Below are positions 26,340-37,548 of a stretch of 64,000 nt of DNA, piece by piece. Origin of the DNA: Octopus vulgaris (taxonomy: Eukaryota). Where the stretch lies: positions 4,340,001 through 4,404,000 of the forward strand of contig OX597815.1 of assembly GCA_951406725.2 (NCBI GenBank). Reading direction: 5' to 3'. Each line of letters opens with the position of its first letter. The stretch's first letter is position 1. Under the pieces are notes generated by a model, which did no database searches, had not been told where the DNA came from, and saw only the letters and a program-made list of their open reading frames with translations. The position numbers and the translations under genes were made by a program.

Positions 26340-26845
26340 CATCATCATCATCGTTTAAAGTCCGTTTTCCATGCCAGCACGGATTGGACGGTTCGACCGG
26401 GGTTTGGGAAGCCAGGAGGCTGCACCAGGCTCCAGTCTGATCTGGCAGTGTTTCTACAGCTGGGTGCCCTTCCTAATGCCAACCACTCCGTGAGTGTAGT
26501 GGGTGCTTTTTTTACGTGCCATCGACACGGGCCAGAGGAGGATGGCAACGACCACGATCGGTTGGTGCTTTTTATGTGTCACTGGCACGGAAGCCAGTCA
26601 AGGCGGCGCTGGCATCAACCACGTTCGGATGGTACTTTTTACATGGCTCTGGCACAGGGATCACAATTACATTTGATTTTGATGTACGTGACTCAATAGG
26701 TCTCCTCAAGCATGGCACGTCACCCTAGCACAGCATGTCGCCCTATGATCCAAGGTTCTTTTGAGTGGGTTGGGGCTGGTTATGCGAGACTGGTGTAGGG
26801 GTTACAGCTGTGAACTCGCTTTATTTGCAGGGTCTTCACAGTCAA
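26340..26845 (-). mobile_element. RTE-type LINE 3' end
   Basis: (CAT)n CGTTTAA...GCCCTTCCTAATGCCAACC plus 60-bp subunits; related to 54830-55613. Confidence 0.7.
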
Positions 26846-27449
26846 TTAAAGGTGTGTTTGTGTGTGTACATATTCTATATACATGTGTGTGCTGCATGTA
26901 TAAACATGCAGAACATTGACCTGATGTGTTAATCCATGTTAAAGATTATGTAAAGAGATCTCCATCAATTTCAATCATGAATATTTGAGTTGTTTAATCA
27001 CCAGAATTAATGCACATAAGTGACTGAGTATACCTCAGACCAGTGTACCATTAAGGAAATTGTTTGGCAGAATGACTGTGACACAGTGTGTGTGTGTGTG
27101 TGTGTGTGAGACAAGATATAGGCATGGCTATGAGGTAAGAAGTTCACTACCCAACCACATGGTTCCAGGTTCAGTCCCGCTCCGTGGTGCAGTGGGCAAG
27201 TGTCTTCTGTAGACTCACATCGACCAAAGCCTTGTGATTGGATTTTGTAGATGGAAACTGAAAGAAGCCTGTTATATATATTTGCTTATTCTTTTATTTG
27301 TTTCAGTCATTTGACTGTGGCCATACTGGAGCACCACCTTTAGTTGAACAAATTGACCCCAGGACTTATTCTTTGTAAGCCTAGTTTAACATCATTGTTT
27401 AACGTCCACCGGCATAAACTATATATAGAGGTTGTGTGAGAAAGGGCCC

Positions 27450-27492
<43 letters not shown>

Positions 27493-27497
27493 TTAAT

Positions 27498-27812
27498 GTG
27501 GAGGCGCAATGGCCTAGTGGTTAGGGCAGCGGACTCGCGGTCATAGGATCACGGTTTCGATTCCTAGACCGGGTGTTGTGAGTGTTTATTGAGCGAAAAC
27601 ACCTAAAAGCTCCACGAGGCTCCGGCAGGGGTGGTGATCCCTGCTGTACTCTTTCACCACAACTTTCTCTCACTTTCTCTTCTGTTGGCCTGCTCGCTTA
27701 GCCAGCGGGGTGGCGTCATTCAAAGGCTAAAACAATGCGAACGCATTGTGACCAGCGATGTGTAGCAACATCTGATGGTCTGGTCGGTCACGTGATGATG
27801 ATGATGATGATG
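27498..27812 (+). mobile_element. SINE family D, full length with TSD
   Basis: TSD ATATATACTTAAT at 27485-27497 and 27813-27825; A/B-box-like TGGCCTAGTGG and GGTTTCGATTCC; (GAT)n tail. Confidence 0.9.
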
Positions 27813-27982
27813 ATATATACTTAATAAAGCTGCAACAGCATCACAAAAACTGTTGCTCAGAGTTTCACGTTCCCGTTTGTTGAACAGTTTTGCATGTGCC
27901 TATCAGATGGGTAGACATGATGGGTATACTTCATATATTTTACCCCAGTGACACTTTCATGGCATGAGTTGTTCTGTCACTC

Positions 27983-28019
<37 letters not shown>

Positions 28020-28702
28020 GTGAAGATCACATAAACTGCATGTGCTTATTGGCAAACTAACCATCCCCCCCCACATATATATATATACACACACACACCC
28101 ATATGTATGTGTTGTGTACCCTTGTCTTGACATCATATGATAGTTGTAAATGAGTCTCACTGTCATACAAGCAGTGTCATTGATTCCCATTCTTCTGTGA
28201 AAAACACGTTTGGCCTTGGAGAAATATTACTTTGCTTGGAAACAGGTGAAGGTTGGTGACAGGATAGGCATCCAGCTGTAGATAATCTATCTAAAAGAAT
28301 TGCATTTGAGCCAGCCACATAAAAGCATATATTAAAATGGTGACGACATGGCTGTGTGGTTAGGGAGCTTGCTTCTTAACTATATGGTTTCGGGTTCAGT
28401 CCCACTGCATGGCACTTTAGGTAGGTGTCTTCCACTATAGCCCCGAGTCGACTGAAGCTTTGTGATTGAATTCGGTTGGCGGAAGTTACTGCCGTGTGTG
28501 TATGTGTGCGTATAGCTGCTCAGTGCCTCTCCGAAAGAGAGAGAGGGAATGATGGTGATGATGATGAATTCTGATTTGTCTTTTACAATGACCAAAAATG
28601 TAATCTAATTAAATTAAGAAAATAAGAAAACATTTATGTAAGTAACTGAAGCACAATGTAAATTAATTCACTAATTATTTGATGTTGTTGTTGTTGTTTC
28701 AG

Positions 28703-28799
28703 ATGGAACAGCTTGTGAAGCAGATGAGTGATCCGAGTAATGGCATCCAAGTTCGCACACAAAAACAGTTCCTCACAACGATTCCGAAAGCATTCACAG
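28703..28799 (+). CDS. R7-family RGS protein (RGS6/7/9/11-like), DEP domain exon, 97 nt
   Basis: tttcag|ATG...ACAG|gtaaa; MEQLVKQMSDPSNGIQVRTQKQFLTTIPKAFT(G) aligns to the RGS7 segment [33 protein letters not shown] as recalled; ends in phase 1. Confidence 0.92.
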
Positions 28800-28819
28800 G
28801 TAAAACATTGCTTATTGTA

Positions 28820-29084
28820 TTTTGTTTTTGGATTTGGTTTGCAAGATTCTTTATGTGAGTTCGTGTGTTGAAGCACATTCTGTTGTGTCTGGGGAGAGTC
28901 ATTCTCTTTTAGTGCCTTATTATTTAACAGACACACCTGTAAAATTTCCAAAACTATTGAAAAGGTTGCAAGACGCAATGAAAATTTTTGAAAAATAAAG
29001 AAGAAATAAGTGGAAATTTTACCAGTGAGTGTGTTAAATTATAAGGCACAAAAAGAGAATAACTCTCCCCAGACACAACAGAAT
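28820..29084. repeat. Interspersed element with 74-bp inverted arms
   Basis: 28877-28950 pairs with 29011-29084; homolog of 5690-5958. Confidence 0.85.
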
Positions 29085-29699
29085 TGGTTATTGTGTCTTT
29101 GAGATATCAACTTCAGGTTTTTTTTTTTTCTTTTAATGGTTCGTTGAACGAAGAAGGGATGGCTACAACTGCAGTGGCGTTCTGTCAGGTCTTTGAAACT
29201 GGTGTTGCAGGATGGGCATTAAAGGTGGCATAGACTCTAGCTAATGGCTTGTTTCAACTGCTGCTACTACTACTACTACTACTGCCACTACTACAGTAAA
29301 AATGTAATGCATTCATTCATGTAGCAACATGTTTCAATCCCCAAACCTGGTCCAAATGCTTGCTTGCAACACTGTGTCTGTGCCTGCCAAAGAAGAAATT
29401 CTCAAAATGGCAATTAGCCCCACCCACCCCCACAAAAATATCCCTGAAAATTTTTACCCCTTCCTCTTTATGAAGGCACAAGATCAGCAATGTTGTAGGG
29501 AAGGTGTTAGTTTCAATGAACCGCAGCAATTGACCGGTACTTTATCAACCCCTTAAAAGATGAAAGACAAACTTGATCTTTGTGGCATTTGAACCCAAAG
29601 CATGAAGTCAAAAGAAATGCTGGTAAGCAATTCGTCTGGCGCAGTAACGATTCTGCTAGTTTCCTGCTTTTAATAATAACAACAGAATTTCTTTCTAAC

Positions 29700-30025
29700 A
29701 AGGACTGTATAGTGTGTAGAGTAAACCCACCGACAAACTGTAAAACCAGGAATGTAGTCTATAGACTAAGGTGTACAGTGGAGCAGTGCAGAAACAGAAC
29801 AATGACATACAATGGAGAGACAGCATGTAGCATAGGTGAGCAGATAAGTGAACACTGGCAGGAGCTCAAGGAGAAGTAAAGCTTGTCAGTGCTCTACTAA
29901 CATGCTCAATTAGAACATCTCAGTTGATAACGTAACTGTTAGGATCTTATTGATGCTTAGAACAGACACGACACTCAGACAGATTTCAGAAGGTAGACCA
30001 AAACTCGAATGAAAATATGAATGGA
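29700..30025 (+). mobile_element. Penelope-like element GIY-YIG endonuclease remnant
   Basis: CIVC...CKTRNVVYRLRC...C...YNGET...EH matches the PLE Cys/His plus GIY-YIG pattern; stops follow. Confidence 0.75.
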
Positions 30026-30479
30026 GTAATAAGCCTGGTATTTGTTCTATCTGGGTTTTTTTTATTTGATGAACTGCCAAGTTACAGGGACATAAACACA
30101 CCAACACTGGTTGCCAAGCAGTAGTGAGACACACACACATTTCGCTTAGTCATTGCAATATTAATAACATGGTGTAGAACTCAATATACATATCTTTCTG
30201 TGTACATGCATAAATGTAAATGTTTTTCCAAATGAATCGCACTTCAAATTTGAAGCTCTGATGAAACTATAAGTTGTTATTTAGGCATTCAGCTATGAAT
30301 CCCTTAGTTAAGGGGTGTTATCTTGCAGGTACTTGGCAACCTCACTGGTGTTGGTGCCACATAAAAGCACCCAGTACACTCTCTTAATTTGTTGGTTGGC
30401 TTCAGGAAGGGCATCTGGCTGTAAGCTAACGAAGTTCATCAGATAATCGTCGGTTTCTATGTCATTGCAGGTAAGCCAG

Positions 30480-30945
30480 CTGCCTGGTCCACTTCACCTG
30501 CCTTATTTGCAGTGGTAAAAAACTAAGAGGTGAAGGTTAACCGGGAAAAGCAGCTGATGTCCCCCAGAAGCTGCTGCCTCAACATTACATAACTTAGATA
30601 TGGGGCTGATCTTGGAAACATCCAGGTAGATGACTTTGTTCCTTGAAAGGACCACATTGAGGAGGAGATGATTAAGAGATGGAAATATGGTGAGCTGATG
30701 TGAAAGCAAAGAGTGGCAAGTAAAGTGTGAGGCACAGGGTTAGCAGGTCAATCCCTCTGCAGAGCTTACAGCATGCTGAGTATCACTGGGGCCAATAGGT
30801 ACAAGGCCATCAGGTCAGCTGTGGGGGCAGCAAAGGTTGCCCCAAGGGGACTGTGGATCAGGAAGTGGAAACTAAGCAGACACAGACTGGGAGCTTGAAT
30901 AACCCTAGCTGGATCGCCTGACAGAAAGTGTCTGGCATTAAAATG
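30480..30945 (+). mobile_element. HERO-like (R2 group) non-LTR retrotransposon 3' remnant
   Basis: GLAGQSLCRAYSMLSITGANRYKAIRSAVGAAKVA resembles the HERO REL-domain C-terminus as recalled; frameshifted upstream. Confidence 0.7.
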
Positions 30946-31243
30946 CTAACCATAAAATGGTTGGAATTGATTTTTAATGAGAGCAATGTCTTCAGTAAGA
31001 AACCTGCTCCTCTCCCTTTATTGTAGTTTCTTTCTTCAATCGTTACCCCACTCTGTTAATTACCCCTAACAGTGGTTTGGATTTTGGATGTTCCTTCTAG
31101 CATGCCAGGTATCCCATGATGGATACCTCTTATGTGTTTAAATGTACACTGTATTTATATGAATAATATTTAGTCTATTGACTAGTTTTCTACAAGCTAG
31201 GCCACTGGGAGTAAAAATTTCCAAAATTTTTCTTACCCTGATA

Positions 31244-31639
31244 TCTTTATATATAAAAGTGAAGTTTGTGTGTCTGTCTCCTACGATTTAGATTCCTAAC
31301 TACTCCCACATTTTGCGGTGCAGTTTAACCAAAACCGGGTATCTTATAGTCGTGATTCATATCGAGCCCTTCTGGGTATTAGCGCGCGTCTACGATGAGT
31401 CTACGATTTAAAAAAAAATTTACCATAATTTTATTCCATTTTAATGCATTTTTTTGCTATTATATAAGGGAAGTAACTCTCTAAAAATTTATTATTAAAT
31501 CTCAGAACGTAAAAAGCTACAGTAACACCCCCCCTTTGTGGTTAGCCATATTGAGATGGCTATTATACTTTACATCTCTAAAAATGCTTATATAGTTATT
31601 TCCCTTACAAACCCGAGCAACGCCGGGCGATACTGCTAG
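31244..31639 (+). mobile_element. Non-autonomous Helitron
   Basis: A|TC start at 31244, hairpin CCCGAGCAACGCCGGG, CTAG|T at 31636-31640. Confidence 0.85.
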
Positions 31640-31709
31640 TTTATTAATATATATGCATTGTTTTTACTGTCTTGTTTTGTTCTCAATGTCCAGTTCTTGT
31701 TACCACTTT

Positions 31710-31960
31710 CCCCCTCTGCAAAAAATCCCAAATTTTATTTAATTTGCTTTGCGGGAAGGACTGTTTCAACGTAGTCGCGTCTTGTCCTTACCTTCGAAAC
31801 GTGGAGTAGATAAAACAGGGACAACTGAAGAAGGGGAATATTCCTTGTGTTGTATGTCTTGTACTCTGTTTTTTCGTTGTTTGAAAAAAAAGTTCGTTTC
31901 CATGTTTTTATGTTTTCGTTTCTCATTGTGTTCAACGTTTTTTTGATGTCCTGTACACAT
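31710..31960 (+). mobile_element. Penelope-type terminal repeat with permuted hammerhead-like structure
   Basis: Homologous in inverted orientation to 33915-34160; T-rich tail ends at a (TA)-type microsatellite. PLE class is inferred. Confidence 0.55.
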
Positions 31961-32077
31961 CTATGCATGTATATATACATATATATGTAGGTATGTACAT
32001 ATAGGTATGTATATTTGCATATGTTTATATATTATTTATATTATTGTATGATCGAATGCCACACATCCATTTCTAAG

Positions 32078-32142
<65 letters not shown>

Positions 32143-33203
32143 TTTATTCTTTACTTGCTTCAGTCTTTAGACTGTGGCCATGCTGGGGCACCGCCTTGAA
32201 GAATTTTTATTGAATGAATTGACTCCCAGTACTTATGTTTGTTAAAGTCTGGTATGTATTCTGTCAGTCTCTTTTGCTGATCTGCTATGTCACAGAGATG
32301 TAAATATCAAAATCAGTTATCAAGCCGTGGTGGGAGACACACACACACACACACACATGACAGGCTTCTTTCAGTTTCCAGCTAGCAGATCTCGTCATAA
32401 ATATTTTGGTTGGCCCAGGGCTATAATGGAAGATATTTGCCCAAGTTGCCACACAGTGGAACTGAACCTGAGACTGGGAAACAAGCTTCTTGACTATACA
32501 GCCAAATCTGCTTGTATATCTTTATACACACACACACACACATGTTCTGAGAATAACAGAGAGGAGAGGGAAGAGGGGAGAGAGAGTGAAAGGTGTGTGT
32601 AATTATTTTTTAAACTTTCCATCTAATTATCTCCATTGACGATGACCTTTCTAAAATGCATGTTTGCATGCACATGTTCGGTGCAATGCGGCTGCACCTT
32701 TGCATGCACGCCTCCTGGCATTATGCTTTCCTTCTCAGTGAATATACGAGGTGTGGGGTGGGGTGGTGGGAGCAGGAGGATAGTAATGGAGGTGATAATA
32801 ACCATTGCTGTGCCAGTGGTGGTGGTTTACGAGGGGGGGAGCAAAGGGGTTGAGAGGAGGGGGTAGAAAAGTGGAGCCGGAGTCGAATGTTGGCCGGTGC
32901 TTGTTTGGTTGCCATAGGCAATGGTAGTGGTGGTGGTGGAGGAGGTGATGGTGGTGGTGATGATGGTGGTGGTCGTGGTGGAGTGGATAGAAGTGGTGGT
33001 GGTGGATATAACAGCTAACAACAGTTAGATTCAAGCGAGAATGTGCTTAGAGAGAATCGGTTGAGAACCGAGGAACAGAACTGGCAGAGACCAATTCTAT
33101 TTCTGTTGTTGTTGTTATTGTTGTTGTTAGCAGATATTAACTTTTTATGATCTCTCATTTCCTGTTTGTAAATGTGTGTGTCTGCATGTCATATATACAT
33201 ATA

Positions 33204-33612
33204 TACTCATTTACTCTTTTACTTGTTTGAGTCATTTGACTGCGGCCATGCTGGAGCACCGCCTTTAGTCGAGCAAATCGACCCCGGGACTTATTCTTTG
33301 TAAGCCCAGTACTTATTCTATCGAGCTCTTTTGCCGAACCGCTAAGTGACAGGGATGTAAACACACCAGCATCGGTTGTCAAGCAATGCTAGGGGGACAA
33401 ACACACACTATATATATATATATATATATATACATACATACATATATACAACAGGCTTCTTTCAGTTTCCATCTACCAAATCCACTCACGAGGCTTTGGT
33501 TGACCTGGGGCTATAGCAGAAGACACTTGCCCAAGATGTCATGCAGTGGGACTGAACCCGGAACCATGTGGTTGGTTAACAAACTACTTACCACACAGCC
33601 ACTCCTGCGCCT
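33204..33612 (-). mobile_element. SINE family A, full length
   Basis: Same as 2671-3109. Confidence 0.85.
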
Positions 33613-33645
33613 TATATGTATGTATGTAATGTATGTCTGTCAGCC

Positions 33646-33785
33646 GTGGCTGTGTGGTAAGTAGTTTGCTTCCCAACCACATGGTTCCAGGTTCAGTCAC
33701 ACTGCGTGGCACCTTGGGCAAGTGTCTTCTGCTATAGCCTCGGGCCGACCAAAGCCTTGTGAGTAGATTTGGTAGACAGAAACTA
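33646..33785 (+). mobile_element. SINE family A 5' half, head-to-head with the previous copy
   Basis: GTGGCTGTGTGGTAAGTAG...GGTAGACAGAAACT. Confidence 0.85.
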
Positions 33786-33792
33786 TACATAC

Positions 33793-33825
<33 letters not shown>

Positions 33826-33914
33826 CATAATTAAATAAATAAAATATATGCATACATACATATATGTACGTACCTAAATCTACATGTATATATACATGCA
33901 TATATATATAAGTA

Positions 33915-34160
33915 CAGGACACCACAAATAGACGTAGAACTCAACGAGAAACGAAAACATAAAAACAAACATGGAAACAGACTTTTTTAACAACGAAAAA
34001 ACAGAGTACAAGACAAACAATACAAGGAATATTCCCCTTCATCAGCTGTCCCTGGTTCGACTCCATGCGTGTTTTGAAGGTAAGGACAGAACACGATCCG
34101 GTCGAACCAGTCCTTCCTGCAAAAGAATTAAATAAAATTCCTTTGCAGAGGGGTAAAAAC
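33915..34160 (-). mobile_element. Second copy of the 31710-31960 element
   Basis: Shares GTCCTTACCTTC...AGGGACA...CTGANGAAGGGGAATATTCCTTG and the T-rich tail. Confidence 0.6.
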
Positions 34161-34376
34161 AAGGAAAGAAAAAAAGTGACAAAAACAGGACGTAAAAGCA
34201 ATACAAATAAGAATGTTTTTTTTTTCCCTTCATGAGCACAGAATAATTGTTCGGCTAGAGGTGGCGCTGCCAAATTCCCATTCGAAATATAGTAATTTTC
34301 TAATTTATAGATCAGTGACTAGTTGTCACTTTGAAAACTCTGTTTGTAAATCTCACAACGAGAGATATTCAGCAAC

Positions 34377-34572
34377 AGTACTTTGGAGAAAAGATTGTTT
34401 GCCAACATAACATGGCAGCCCTGGTTTAGGACGAATGTTGCTGTAATTCCCTTATTCAAAAATATAAGGACACAGATCATGTCGTATAGCCATGGGGCTA
34501 AATTACAGCAACATTCTTCCTAAACCAGGACTGCCATGTTATGTTGGCAAACAATCTTTACTCCAAAGTACT
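34377..34572. repeat. Inverted repeat, 72-bp arms, 52-nt loop
   Basis: 34377-34448 is the reverse complement of 34501-34572 with about 3 mismatches. Confidence 0.92.
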
Positions 34573-35297
34573 ATGTAATATCATGGATTTTGTAATTGGT
34601 GGTGGGGGGCCCATTTTTGCGGCTTGTCCCAGGCATGGTTTACCCTAGCTACGCCACTGCTTGGAATGAAATTGGTAGTCGGAAACTCCGGATGCCCAGC
34701 TTGTGGGTGTGTTAGTTTGTTTATGTCCCTGTAACTTAGTGGTTCACCAAAAGTGAATGAGTTAGCAGACTTTAAACTAAGTACTGGCATTGATTTGTTT
34801 GACAAAAACCCGTTCAAGCTGGTGCCCCAGCATGGCCACATTCCAATAACTGGAACAAGCCAAAGATCAAAAGAGATCTCTACATTGAACCCTTATTAAA
34901 CCAAACCAAACTGGGGGAAGAGAATCCATTTTCACTGATTGCAATTTCATTTCTCACAAATCCCTTGACGCTGAGACAAAATCATGAAATGAATACCAAT
35001 TTTCAAAAGAAAATATTACCTGAAAATAAAATTAAATAAAAACAAATTTCTCATTTGTTTATTTGCAATAACTAATCCGTTTTTGGATTTGGTTTGCACA
35101 GCTCACTTCATTAAAAACCTATTTCTGCAAACTTCCTTTAAAAAAAAAGAATGAAAGAAAAAAAGTGTATTTTTTAGAGAGTTATCAGGCATTGACCCTG
35201 CACTGCTTGTATTAACTCTCTCTCCCTCCCTCCTTCCCTCTCTCTCTCCCCCTCCCTCTCTCTCTCTGTTACTCCCTCCCTCTATATATGTGATGTA

Positions 35298-35522
35298 AGG
35301 CGACAAGCTGGTAGAAACGGTAGCACGCCGGGCGAAATTCGTAGCAGTCTGTCGTTACGTTCCGAGATCAAATTCCGCCGAGGTCGACTTTGCCTTTCAT
35401 CCTTTCGGGGGTCAATAAATTAAGTACCAGTTACGCACTGGGGTCGATGTAATCGACGTAATCCCTTTGTCTGTCCTTGTTTGTCGACTCTATGTTTAGC
35501 CCCTTGTGGGTAGTAAAGAAAT
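35298..35522 (+). mobile_element. SINE family B
   Basis: Head plus GTCGACTTTGCCTTTCATCC core plus CCCCTTGTGGGTAGTAAAGAAAT tail. Confidence 0.85.
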
Positions 35523-35745
35523 ATATATATGTGATGTAAAGCATGAGTAGAGAACCCAACCAACTACGATTCATATCAGCTGTTATTCAACAGAGACGAT
35601 ACATAAAGTGATCTCTCACTAAACCAGACCTCGTTAAACTGGGTATCAGATAAACGAGTGGGAAACGGAATTAAGAGACTGTTAAGCCTGTCAGTGGTGC
35701 CCTCCACAGCGGGGATGGTGCTGTTGCTTTATGCTTGATTTCCAG

Positions 35746-36548
35746 CAGTGTTCCTCAACCCTTTTACCGTTTACTCTTTTATTTGTTTCAGTCATTTGAC
35801 TGCGGCCATGCTTATTCTATCGGTCTCTTTTGCCGAACCGCTAAGTAACGGGGACATAAACACACCAGCATCGGTTGTCAAGCAATGCTAGGGGGACAAA
35901 CACAGACACACACACGCATATATATATATATATACATATATACGACGGGCTTCTTTCAGTTTCCGTCTACCAAATCCACTGACAAGGCTTTGGTCGGCCC
36001 GAGGCTATAGCAGAAGACACTTGCCCAAGATGCCACGCAGTGGGACTGAACCCGGAACCATGTGGTTTGTAACCAAGCTACTTACCACACAGCCACTGCT
36101 GTGTAACCCTTAAAATAAATTACATGTGTCGTGGAACCCCTGCACCAAAAAAAATTATATATCATATCTTTCTCATATTTTTTCATCGTAATTCACATGG
36201 TGAATATCATATATCATCATCATCATCATTATCAAGTGTTTTAAATCCAGGTTTTGTCCCTGTTAACAAAGGTGGCTGGATCTACCTCAATGCCATAGCA
36301 ACCAAGGCAGGTGCAGCCCACCCCAACCTTTGGGCTGGCTGGCTGGTGCTCATTCTCCCCTACTATCATAAGGCCTTTTTGGAGCTGGATTTTCTTTGGG
36401 GAGCATGTCCTTGCTTACCCCCAACCTCAGTTTCTAAACATGAGTGGTCCCTGAGACCAAGGCCTCTACGATTATTTTTAAGAAATGTGGTGGAAAACTA
36501 ACTCAGGAACGTTGGAACACTACTCCCTGAGACCCTTTCAAAGCCCCA

Positions 36549-36585
<37 letters not shown>

Positions 36586-36683
36586 TGCAATTAGCATTAG
36601 CTTATCTCCCTCTTTCTCACAGAACCCCTTGGAACCTTTTCTGGAACCTTAGGGTTCCGGGGAACCTTGGTTGAGAAACACAG
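35746..36683. mobile_element. hAT-like MITE interrupted by two younger insertions
   Basis: Termini CAGTGTTCCTCAACC / GGTTGAGAAACACAG and GGAACC subterminal repeats; 8-bp TSD not recoverable. Confidence 0.6.
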
Positions 36684-37512
36684 CTCTAGAGAATATATGA
36701 CTGGTGCAGGTGTGACTCTGTGGTTAAGGAGGTTGGGCCGACCAAACCCTTATGAGTGGATTTGGTTGATGGAAACTGGAAGAAGCCTGCTGTGTGTGTG
36801 TGTGTACCGTTGTCTTGACATTACACGATAGCTGCAAACAAGCATCCTTTGTTTTCGGGCTTCTTTGAAAAATGTCATCCAACCATGAAGAGGTATTAAT
36901 TTACTTGGAAAATGGTGAGCATTGGTGACAGGAAGAGCATCCAGCTGTAGAAAATGTGTCTCAACAAATTCCATCTGACTTAATATAACCATGGTAACAT
37001 GGATGTTAATATGATGATGATGATAATGCACACACACATGCACACAAATACACATTTGCTCCACAGACACAACCTAAAACACAACTCCACGCACACATAC
37101 ACACATACACAGGCACACACTGCACACAAAACACACACACACAACATATACATACACGCGCACACACACATACTTCAAACTACCAGTTAAACACCTTTCT
37201 CCTGACCATTCTCCTACACTAAAAGGCAGCCACTCCTACTATGAATTCTTACTGTAAATTCTTCCTAGGACATTGACTCAAGTTCACTCACACACACACG
37301 CACACATGTACACACACGTGCTATTATTACACACACACACTTACACAGACCTTCGCACAGGCACATACCCACATGCATACCTCCTTTTCTTGCGCTCTCC
37401 TATCTTAGAACTTTTCCTTCACCCATTCCCTTCTGGTCATTTCAAAATATAACTGCGTGTGTATCATTGGCAATTTTCTTCCTCCGTCTTCTCTTCTTTT
37501 GGACTTTCTTCT

Positions 37513-37548
37513 ATTTCTGAAGAAGAGCCTTGGCTCGAAACGTTAAAT
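37513..37548 (+). ncRNA. Minimal type I hammerhead motif in Penelope-like pseudo-LTR (37455-37650)
   Basis: ATTT-CTGAAGA-A-GAGC-CTTG-GCTC-GAAAC-GTT-AAAT; stems I and II paired, loopless palindromic stem III (ACGT). Confidence 0.65.

Noticed and set aside
27498-27570. tRNA gene
   Set aside because: It is the tRNA-derived head of a SINE with body, tail and TSD.
1-28702. Upstream RGS coding exon or promoter
   Set aside because: No convincing exon found. The ATG at 28703 directly follows an acceptor AG and is probably internal, so the 5' end may lie outside the window or be unrecognised.
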